From Deltaproteobacteria bacterium (GTDB lineage Bacteria > Desulfobacterota > Desulfuromonadia > Geobacterales > Pseudopelobacteraceae): a stretch of DNA of 32,000 nucleotides. Position 1 is the first letter of the stretch. The number at the start of each line of letters is the position of its first letter. Below the pieces are notes generated by a model. It saw only the letters and a list, made by a program, of their open reading frames with translations, ran no database searches and was not told where the DNA came from. The stretch is from contig JAJXYO010000062.1 of assembly GCA_021780495.1 (NCBI GenBank), forward strand, positions 86,302-118,301, read 5' to 3'. Made by a program: the position numbers and the translations under genes. Below are positions 9,226 to 16,904 of this stretch, in pieces.

Positions 9226-10526
9226 AGGCTCTTTCTCTCGTCCACAAAACGGGTTAATTTCCGGGGATTTCCTGCATACACCTTACTCTTGACATGCTCA
9301 TCACTTGTGATGACAACTTCAGGCCGCACGCGCAGGCGGGCTTGTAATTTATCCATGATCATCTCTGCGGAACAGGCTTCGCTACCGGCTGCAACAAAAA
9401 TCTTAACTACATCGGAAAGGTCATAATCCGTCGTTGCCATCACATAATACTCCTTGACTTCAGGAAGGATGTCGAGAACGGCGTTGATCGAGTTTGGGTA
9501 GAGTGTCGTACCCTTGAACTTGATCATCTGATTTTTTCTTCCAAGGATCGGGCCGAGGCGCAGGGAATTCCGGCCACATGGGCACGGCTCATCAATCAGA
9601 AAGCTCACGTCACCCGTCTTGAAGCGAACAAGCGGCATCCCTTCAATACCCATCGGCGTCACAACAACTTCGCCGGTTTCGCCAATCGGAGCCACAGCTC
9701 CATGGTCATCGACTATCTCCACAATCGCCAGATCGGGATGCAGATGCCCGCCCTGTTGTGCAGTGCATTCACAGAAGGATGTGATGGTTTCAGACGATGC
9801 ATAGGTCGAATAAATCCTTGCGCCCCACAGATGTTCCAATTTTTCTCCGACCTTCAGAAAGGCAAGCTGCCGGTCGCGGATCGGCTCACCAATGCAGACC
9901 AGTTTTTTAACTCCGCTCAAGGCGGGATCGAAACCTTCTGATGAAAGAAACTGTCCGAGCTTCAGTAAAAACGTCGGGACACCGACAATCACGGTCGGTT
10001 TCAATCGCCTGATAATCTCCAGGTGACTTTCGACGCTGCTGAGCCCGTTTCTGATTGCCGAGGCTCCCAGATTCCTGACCCCCGAGAAATACGCCAATCC
10101 AGCGATAAAACACCGGTCGATCGTGCAGGTCAACAAAACGATATCATCAGGGCACAGACCACAGCTCGCAAATGAAATTTCCTCGTTGTACGCCAGACGC
10201 CGCAGATCATGTTCGGTATACATGACCTTGGTAGACCTGCCCGTGGTACCAGATGACAACACGATATCAACAATCTGTGACATGGGTACGGCGAGAAAAT
10301 TGTCGTTTTGTTCACCCAGTACGGTCTTGTCAGTGAAGGGAATCGTGTTCAGAGAATTCATGGTTATACTGGTCACATCTATCCCGTGTTCACGGAACAT
10401 TGTCTGATAAAATGGCGAGTGGGAAGCAACATACGCAAGATGCGTTTTCAGCCTGCTTTCCTGTAGGCTATGGATTTCATCCGAACGGCAATACTCGAGT
10501 TTTCGTTGACCATCACATACTGTCAT
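9222..10526 (-). CDS. Adenylate-forming enzyme, phenylacetate-CoA ligase (PaaK)/F390-synthetase-like (candidate starter-unit activating enzyme)
   Basis: 434 aa. AMP-binding P-loop SSGTTGRSTKV, then YASSET, FKTGDV, and GRKNQMIKFKGTTLYP, which is typical of the PaaK-type family. ATGA overlaps at both ends (9222-9225, 10523-10526). Confidence 0.8.
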   Translation of the reverse strand: MTVCDGQRKLEYCRSDEIHSLQESRLKTHLAYVASHSPFYQTMFREHGIDVTSITMNSLNTIPFTDKTVLGEQNDNFLAVPMSQIVDIVLSSGTTGRSTKVMYTEHDLRRLAYNEEISFASCGLCPDDIVLLTCTIDRCFIAGLAYFSGVRNLGASAIRNGLSSVESHLEIIRRLKPTVIVGVPTFLLKLGQFLSSEGFDPALSGVKKLVCIGEPIRDRQLAFLKVGEKLEHLWGARIYSTYASSETITSFCECTAQQGGHLHPDLAIVEIVDDHGAVAPIGETGEVVVTPMGIEGMPLVRFKTGDVSFLIDEPCPCGRNSLRLGPILGRKNQMIKFKGTTLYPNSINAVLDILPEVKEYYVMATTDYDLSDVVKIFVAAGSEACSAEMIMDKLQARLRVRPEVVITSDEHVKSKVYAGNPRKLTRFVDERKSL

Positions 10527-11278
10527 ATTCTGTTCTCCATACGGGACAGTTCATGGTCTATGATATTCCAGACTCTCTTTTTTAAAGCAAAAGCGGTAAG
10601 ATGCTTATATTCATCCCATGCAATCGCCGGCAATCTGCGAACGGTTATGACTCCTGGACGCAGAAGCGCTGACCCTTTGGGCGGAATATTTTCACTACCC
10701 GTGATACAGAGAGGGACAATCGAAGCCTTTGACGCAAGCGCAAGGCGGAAAGCCGAGCCATGAAAAGTTCCCATCCTGGCGCTTGCCGACCTGGTCCCTT
10801 CAGGGAAAAAAACAATGGAGACCCCAGCCTTCAGCAGATCAGTGGCGCTCTGCGTAAATTCTTCAGGTGGCATCATCCTGATATTCAGGTATCCGGCAAA
10901 TTTTGCATACACACCAAGGACCGGTATCCGAAAAGGCCATACATTTACAATCTGTACCAATTCATGAGGAAGAATACCCATGAGAAAAGCGTCAGAAGCC
11001 GAGCGGTGATTGCAGACAAAGATGTATGGTTCCCCGGAGCCGTTGGTTTCACGATTTTCGTAACGAAGCTTTATGAATGGATATGGGCAGGCTATTATGA
11101 CCATTCCATACCAGTTAATGGCGCGCCGGAAGCGCTTCATCGTCTGACGCTGAGAAGGGATCAAGAGGCCTAAACTGACAACATACAGCGTGAGAACCGG
11201 AATCACAGTCGCGGAGAGTGCGGCGAATAGTATATAGAGATACAGATTCAGAAAATACAGCTTGAGACGAGCTATCAT
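10523..11278 (-). CDS. Lysophospholipid / 1-acyl-glycerol-3-phosphate-type acyltransferase (PlsC family, ApeD-like)
   Basis: 251 aa. N-terminal TM helices. HX4D catalytic motif NHRSASD and second block FFPEGTRS. Confidence 0.85.
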   Translation of the reverse strand: MIARLKLYFLNLYLYILFAALSATVIPVLTLYVVSLGLLIPSQRQTMKRFRRAINWYGMVIIACPYPFIKLRYENRETNGSGEPYIFVCNHRSASDAFLMGILPHELVQIVNVWPFRIPVLGVYAKFAGYLNIRMMPPEEFTQSATDLLKAGVSIVFFPEGTRSASARMGTFHGSAFRLALASKASIVPLCITGSENIPPKGSALLRPGVITVRRLPAIAWDEYKHLTAFALKKRVWNIIDHELSRMENRI

Positions 11279-11280
11279 CG

Positions 11281-11547
11281 CTATACGTTCTTTGTGCCTT
11301 CCTCGTTCTTGATTGAGGAAATGAATTGATAGAGATCCTGAAGCGTTCTAATGTCCCGGACCTTTTCCTCGTTCCTGATCTTTACACCGAAACTGCTTTG
11401 AAGTGCGACAATCAAGTCAACGATATCAAGACTATCGAGACCTAAATCAACGAAAATATTAGCGTCCGGCACCAGACGTTCTTTCTCGATTTCAAATGAC
11501 TCCTCAAAGACTTTGTTCGTCTTTTCAATGATCTCTTGCCCAGTCAT
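11281..11547 (-). CDS. Acyl carrier protein
   Basis: 88 aa, acidic. Phosphopantetheine attachment motif DLGLDSLDIVDL. Its own strong Shine-Dalgarno GGAGGA lies upstream (revcomp of about 11551-11556). Confidence 0.9.
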   Translation of the reverse strand: MTGQEIIEKTNKVFEESFEIEKERLVPDANIFVDLGLDSLDIVDLIVALQSSFGVKIRNEEKVRDIRTLQDLYQFISSIKNEEGTKNV

Positions 11548-11573
11548 GTATCCTCCAGAAAAATAATTCAGAA

Positions 11574-12800
11574 CTATATTTTTTTACATACCAGTGCAGC
11601 GTTGATTCCGCCAAAGGCAAAACCATTTTTCAGCACTGTGTTCACCTGTTTCTTCAACGGATGCATCACGTGCTGAATCCCTTCACAATCCTGACTGACA
11701 TTCTCGAGGTTGAGCGTCGGATAGATCATGCCCGTCTCCATCATTTTGAGGGAGGCAGCCAGTTCAATTGCACCTGCAGCACCGAGTGTGTGCCCAATGT
11801 TCCCTTTCAGACAACTCACCGGAACCAATGCACCAAAAATTTCACGAATCGCTTCGGCCTCTTCCTGGTCTCCCTGGAGAGTAGCCGTGGCATGGGCATT
11901 AATATAATCAATCTCTTCCGGTTTCACTCCGGAATCAGCAAGCGCCTGCCGTATACACATGACCATGGATTCCTTGTTTGACTGGCTGACATGGATACCA
12001 CTTGCAGTTGTACTAAAACCCGTTATCTCGGCATAGATTGTAGCATTTCGCTTGACTGCTCTTTCATATTCCTCCAGGACGAGGATTCCGCTTCCTTCGC
12101 CGCACACCAACCCATCCCTGTCCCTGTCGAATGGACGAGGGGTTTTCCCGGGATTGTCGTTGAATTTGGTGGATGTTGCAAAAAGAATGTCAAATGAGCC
12201 CGTCACGGTTGGGTGCAGCTCTTCGGCGCCTCCGCAGAGGAGGATGTCCTGACGTCCCAACCGGATCAGATCATAACCAATACCAATGGCATGCAACGCC
12301 GATGCGCAGGCAGCTGAAGCGGCCATGATCGTCCCGGTAAGTCCCAAGTACTGGGCAACATTAACCGTAGCGGTATGCGACATGCATTGAAAGAACATGG
12401 TGGAATTCAGTTTACTCAAATCCTTGTCGGGAAGCATTGTTTCAAAGACATCATTGATGCTCTTGGCACTTCCCATAGTCGAACCGACTACACAGCCGAC
12501 CCGCCATAGATCTTCATCAGCAAGCATAATGCCGGCATCGGCCAGTGCTTCGTCAGCAGCCTGGGCGGCGAAGATACTCATGCGTCCCATGGAACGTCTC
12601 TTCTGACGCGGGATGCTCATTTCACCTTGCATTGTTACAGGCGCGCCGACCAGACTCTGCAGGCCGTTGTACTGATCCCACCCTTCCATGAAGCGGACAG
12701 CGCTGCGCCCTTCTTCGATTCCTTTCATCAGTGCCGGGACGCCGTTACCAAAGGGGGAAACGACACCAATTCCAGTAATCACAACTCGTTTTAATGACAT
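11574..12800 (-). CDS. Beta-ketoacyl-ACP synthase II-like (FabF family; ApeR-like)
   Basis: 408 aa. Cys motif AASAACASALHA and His motifs NAHATAT and GHTLGAAG. The start overlaps the upstream stop by 10 nt (ATGTCATTAA, 12791-12800). Confidence 0.9.
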   Translation of the reverse strand: MSLKRVVITGIGVVSPFGNGVPALMKGIEEGRSAVRFMEGWDQYNGLQSLVGAPVTMQGEMSIPRQKRRSMGRMSIFAAQAADEALADAGIMLADEDLWRVGCVVGSTMGSAKSINDVFETMLPDKDLSKLNSTMFFQCMSHTATVNVAQYLGLTGTIMAASAACASALHAIGIGYDLIRLGRQDILLCGGAEELHPTVTGSFDILFATSTKFNDNPGKTPRPFDRDRDGLVCGEGSGILVLEEYERAVKRNATIYAEITGFSTTASGIHVSQSNKESMVMCIRQALADSGVKPEEIDYINAHATATLQGDQEEAEAIREIFGALVPVSCLKGNIGHTLGAAGAIELAASLKMMETGMIYPTLNLENVSQDCEGIQHVMHPLKKQVNTVLKNGFAFGGINAALVCKKI

Positions 12801-14293
12801 AATGTTCCGTCCAGGATTTTTCCGTAGTGCTCTTTTCCAACAATAGCGCGGCCAACAATAAGCGACGACATCATGGCTCCGATTATCCCGGGTAAGAGTG
12901 AACTCTGCCCGGCTGCAAAAAGGTTATGCAGAGGAAGCTTGCCGATGAGATTGAACTGCCCCATTTTCTGTTTGACACCATACGCACTACCATCTGGGCT
13001 GCAGAGGTAATCCTTGAACGTAAGCATTGATCCCGCATCGATAAAATCCAGTGTTTCTCGAAATTCAGGAAAAACGCTGAACAGGTGCTCCTTGATCGCC
13101 TCGACCCGATTGTGTTTATACGTCAGATATTCTTCCGGCCTGTTCCCTCTTTTGGAATCAATCCAGTTAGAAACATGTTCGCCAAACGAAGGCTCAACAA
13201 TACAGATACCTTTTCCTGTACCGCCATTACCCAGATTGGGTGATTTTACAACCACCAGGGCGGGTACTCCATTATAGGCTGGATCCAGCAGATTATTTAC
13301 ATCGGCATCCGGAAAAATGGATACGATTGATGCATCAGGATTTTGATCAATGCTACCCGGCTTGAATGTGGCAAACGCCGAGAAAAGGCCCAGGGAAGGT
13401 TCAAATGCTGAAATCCGATGCGCAAACGCCTTGCTGTAATTTTTCTCAGGAAGAAGCCCCAAAATATCCTTGGGATGGATTGTGAAGACACAGGCATCAG
13501 ACAGAACCTCTTCCCCGGTATTCAGGACAAAACGGCCAACCTTGTTGTCACGGATATCAGCCAGTTCCGTAATATACGTACTGCAGCTGATATCAATATC
13601 ATAATCCTTGAATTTCTCCGTGAACGCCCTCACAAAAGCATCGCCACCATCTTTCACGAAGGCGATGGATTCATAGAAGCTGAGAACCATCCTGCTGTGG
13701 TTTGCAAATGAGATTTCATCCGGCCGAACCCCATAACACATGGCATATCCGGAAAACAGACCTCGCAAAAGTTCATTAGGGGTCAACTTCCGCAAAACCG
13801 TGTCGAGTGAGATATAATCTTCTTCCAGATTTGGCGGGCCTATCGCGTTTTCACGAAGATTGAGTGAAGGAGTCCGGTTACAGACCGATTGGACCTTCTC
13901 GAAATACCGGTCAATGGCCGAGGTTTCTGCGGGAAAGTACCCCTTGAAAGAATTCTTTATATTCTCAATCCCACAGGGATGCTCGAACCTTTTACCATGC
14001 GATTCGAAGATAAATTGATTTTGAGATGAATTGGGTAGAAAGATTGGCTCAATGGAATCTCTCAGTCCAAGCAGAGTTAATATATCGGAAAGGATTCCAC
14101 CTTCATGAAAACCGCCCGTAAAATGAAAACCGGTATCAAACGGGATTCCTCTTTTATTGAAACGGGTAAGTGAACCTCCAATAATCGGGGACTTCTCGAT
14201 AAGCAAAACTTTATTACCGCTCATGGCCAGCAAAAGCGACATCGTTAACCCACTGATGCCGCTTCCCACTACAATGTGATCATATTTTTTCAT
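12791..14293 (-). CDS. FAD-dependent oxidoreductase, phytoene-desaturase (CrtI)/amine-oxidase-like
   Basis: Dinucleotide-binding fold YDHIVVGSGISGLTMSLLLAMSGNKVLLIEK at the N-terminus. About 500 aa, matching CrtI-like size. The ORF track start at 14338 is TTG. The ATG at 14293 (MKKYDHIVVGSG) fits a Rossmann N-terminus, with GGAG 13 nt upstream. Confidence 0.8.
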   Translation of the reverse strand: MKKYDHIVVGSGISGLTMSLLLAMSGNKVLLIEKSPIIGGSLTRFNKRGIPFDTGFHFTGGFHEGGILSDILTLLGLRDSIEPIFLPNSSQNQFIFESHGKRFEHPCGIENIKNSFKGYFPAETSAIDRYFEKVQSVCNRTPSLNLRENAIGPPNLEEDYISLDTVLRKLTPNELLRGLFSGYAMCYGVRPDEISFANHSRMVLSFYESIAFVKDGGDAFVRAFTEKFKDYDIDISCSTYITELADIRDNKVGRFVLNTGEEVLSDACVFTIHPKDILGLLPEKNYSKAFAHRISAFEPSLGLFSAFATFKPGSIDQNPDASIVSIFPDADVNNLLDPAYNGVPALVVVKSPNLGNGGTGKGICIVEPSFGEHVSNWIDSKRGNRPEEYLTYKHNRVEAIKEHLFSVFPEFRETLDFIDAGSMLTFKDYLCSPDGSAYGVKQKMGQFNLIGKLPLHNLFAAGQSSLLPGIIGAMMSSLIVGRAIVGKEHYGKILDGTLCH

Positions 14294-14343
14294 TCTGGAC
14301 AACCAACTCCTCAAAAACACATCGTATCGGATTTTCAATCACG

Positions 14344-15063
14344 CTACATCGCCAACCCGCCATTAATTCCGATTACCTGACCATGGATATACATATGCTC
14401 TTCGGTACAAAGAAAATTAACGACAGAAGCAACATCTTCAACACTGCCGACACGGTTGAGCGGGATCAAGGGCAGAACCATCTCCGTGGGGATTTCGGTG
14501 GTCATTTCAGTTTCAATGAATCCGGGGGCCACCACGTTCACCAAAATCTTTTTCTTGCCAACCTCACGTGCCAGGGCTTTGGCAGCACCGATCAAACCAG
14601 CCTTGGAGGCAGAGTAATTAACCTGGCCCGCCTGTCCGATCTGACCTGAAGTCGAAGATACGACGACGATACGCCCCCGCTTTGCCTTCAACATGGCGAA
14701 AACAACCGCACGGGTAACGTTAAAAAAACCGTCCAGATTCGTCGATATAACCGAACTCCACTCGTCCTTGGTCATCCACATCAGGAGGTTATCGCGGGCA
14801 ATGCCGGAATTATAGACCAGAACATCGGGGGATACTGTTTCCAAGCGGACGCCTAATGCCGCCTCGGTTTCCTCGAAACTGGAGACATCAAAAGGGATAA
14901 GGTCACAGGTGCTTCCGGCAGCCTCTATCTCTGATTTTGCCGAAAGTGCCGCGTCATGATTGCCTTTGTATGTCAACCAGATTGCAAAACCGGACTTTGC
15001 CAACCTGATTGCAACTGCGCGACCTATCCCGCGACTGCCTCCAATTATTAAAGCAATTTTCAT
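14344..15063 (-). CDS. fabG: 3-oxoacyl-ACP reductase (SDR, FabG/ApeQ-like); first gene of the operon
   Basis: SDR motifs GGSRGIGRA (cofactor binding), NSGI and YSASKAG (YxxxK). ATG codons lie at 15069 and 15063. The latter has better spacing from GGATAGG and gives MKIALIIGGS. Confidence 0.9.
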   Translation of the reverse strand: MKIALIIGGSRGIGRAVAIRLAKSGFAIWLTYKGNHDAALSAKSEIEAAGSTCDLIPFDVSSFEETEAALGVRLETVSPDVLVYNSGIARDNLLMWMTKDEWSSVISTNLDGFFNVTRAVVFAMLKAKRGRIVVVSSTSGQIGQAGQVNYSASKAGLIGAAKALAREVGKKKILVNVVAPGFIETEMTTEIPTEMVLPLIPLNRVGSVEDVASVVNFLCTEEHMYIHGQVIGINGGLAM

Positions 15064-15149
15064 AATCATGCCTATCCAAATACATTTTCCCAGCTAGTCC
15101 GCCACAGTGAGTCACAACCTCTAACGGCAAGTAACATATTAATTTATGG

Positions 15150-15178
15150 ACATTACACTAACGATTTTTGACTGTCAA
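15150..15178 (-). promoter_or_regulatory. Candidate sigma70-type promoter of the 15-gene lipid operon
   Basis: The minus strand reads TTGACA (15178-15173), a 17-nt spacer, then TAATGT (15155-15150), about 85-90 nt upstream of the fabG-like start. The -35 element is half of the palindrome TTGACTGTCAA (15168-15178). Confidence 0.4.
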
Positions 15179-15223
15179 GCAGGATGACTCGCGATCTCAA
15201 GCAAATGAAAATTACGACACAAA

Positions 15224-15229
15224 TATAAT
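15224..15229 (+). promoter_or_regulatory. Possible -10 element for the plus-strand B12-rSAM gene
   Basis: A perfect TATAAT lies 32 nt upstream of the ATG at 15262. No convincing -35 was found (gcaaat). Confidence 0.25.
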
Positions 15230-15261
15230 ATTGATTAATAGTGCCGGGTCCCGCAAGGAAT

Positions 15262-16860
15262 ATGGATAGACTAAGAATATTTTTGCATGATATGTTGACG
15301 GCTCAAATTAAATGGAAAGAATTGCCTTGGCGAGCACCCAAAGGACAATCCTGCGACATCTATAGACCAACGCCACAAAATATCATTCTCCGAGGCACGG
15401 CTCAATTGAACCAATCAAAGAAAATACTTTTCGTCCACCCGCTCGGTGAAAACTGGATACCAGGCGAACAAAATGTTGCCCGTGTCGTAAACATCATGGC
15501 ACCGCTGGGTCTCCTCTCACTGGCTGCCTGGTTGGATACCTACGGGCATCAGACGAAAATTCACGACTGTTATGCGTTTCCGGGAGATGATGATAAGATT
15601 TACTCCTATCTGAGGGAAGAACGCCCGGATTTCATAGGGTTTTCCACAACAACCTCCAGTTTCCTTGATGGTATCCGTCTGGCAACCAAGGCTAAGGAAA
15701 TTCTGCCCTCGGTACAGGTTGTGTTTGGCGGCGTCCATATTTCGGCGGTGCGCGATCAGCTTCTGGGAGACTTTCCTGTCATCGATTTTGGGGTTGTCGG
15801 TGAAGGTGAAGAGGTTTTACGGGAACTGATTGAATCGAACGGAGTAGGCTTGCGCAACATTGCAGGACTCATCTTTCGCGAGCAGGACAATGTTGTCTTT
15901 AACGGCTTTCGAAAAGAACTGATCGATATGGACACACTCCCCTTTCCTGCGTATGAAAAATTGCAGGATTTTCCCGGCAGTTACTGTCTCCCTATTTTCA
16001 GTTATCCCAAGGCACCTAACACCACTGTCATCACAAGCAGAGGCTGCCCCTATACCTGTTCCTATTGTGATCGCTCAGTCTTCCAGCGAACGTATCGCTA
16101 CAATTCACCTGAGTATATGATGAAGTATCTTACCTATCTCCAGCAACGCTTCAATATTAAGCATGTGAATATCTACGACGACACCTTCACTCTGCATCGA
16201 CAGCGGGTAATGGAATTCTGTGAACTCAAGATACGGTCCGGTTTGAAGATGACCTTTAATTGCGCTGCCCGTACCGAGCAACTCGATGGCAGCATGCTCG
16301 AGGCGCTGAAAAAGGCCGGCTGCTGGATGATCAGTATCGGCATCGAAACGGGTGATCCTGACCTGCTGAAAAAGCATCGCTCCTATATATCAAACAAAGA
16401 AATGGACAATCCGCTGGAAAATATCCGCAAGACTGTCCATCTGATCAAGAAATCAGGCATCCGTGTCAAGGGCCTGTTCATGCTGGGGCTACCCGGTGAA
16501 ACCGAGAGAAGTATTGAAACAAGTATGGCGTATGTATTCAGCCTCCCATTAGATGAGTTCAATCTGTCGAAACTGACCCCCTTCCCCGGGGCACCCATGT
16601 ACGGTGATATCCACAACCATGGCACATTCGACGAGAACTGGGGCATAATGAATGCGGCTAATTTCACCTTCATTCCGACGGGGTTTACCAAAGAACTGCT
16701 GGAAGAAAGACACCTCGAATTTTATCGCCGATATTTCTCAAGACCGAAGGTATTGCTGAACTATGCAACCATGATATGGAAATCACCCGACAGCTGGCGG
16801 CGTTTTTGGAAGGATTTGCCGACGTTTCTGAGTTTTACGAGAAAAAACAGAAAAAAGTGA
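15262..16860 (+). CDS. B12-binding-domain radical SAM enzyme (class B rSAM), divergent from the lipid operon
   Basis: The ORF track starts at GTG 15241. I prefer the ATG at 15262, which is preceded by AAGGAA. The B12-binding-like region is KILFVHP...DFIGFSTTTSS...VVFGGVHIS. The rSAM motif is SRGCPYTCSYCD. Confidence 0.85.
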   Translation: MDRLRIFLHDMLTAQIKWKELPWRAPKGQSCDIYRPTPQNIILRGTAQLNQSKKILFVHPLGENWIPGEQNVARVVNIMAPLGLLSLAAWLDTYGHQTKIHDCYAFPGDDDKIYSYLREERPDFIGFSTTTSSFLDGIRLATKAKEILPSVQVVFGGVHISAVRDQLLGDFPVIDFGVVGEGEEVLRELIESNGVGLRNIAGLIFREQDNVVFNGFRKELIDMDTLPFPAYEKLQDFPGSYCLPIFSYPKAPNTTVITSRGCPYTCSYCDRSVFQRTYRYNSPEYMMKYLTYLQQRFNIKHVNIYDDTFTLHRQRVMEFCELKIRSGLKMTFNCAARTEQLDGSMLEALKKAGCWMISIGIETGDPDLLKKHRSYISNKEMDNPLENIRKTVHLIKKSGIRVKGLFMLGLPGETERSIETSMAYVFSLPLDEFNLSKLTPFPGAPMYGDIHNHGTFDENWGIMNAANFTFIPTGFTKELLEERHLEFYRRYFSRPKVLLNYATMIWKSPDSWRRFWKDLPTFLSFTRKNRKK

Positions 16861-16904
16861 GGTAAATACTCACGATACATTCAACTTCTGAAGGGTCGTT
16901 ATGC

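Noticed and set aside
15168-15200. Plus-strand promoter using TTGACT (15168-15173) for the B12-rSAM gene
   Set aside because: The hexamer 17 nt downstream (GCGATC) is a poor -10. The TATAAT at 15224-15229 is a better candidate, although it lacks a -35.
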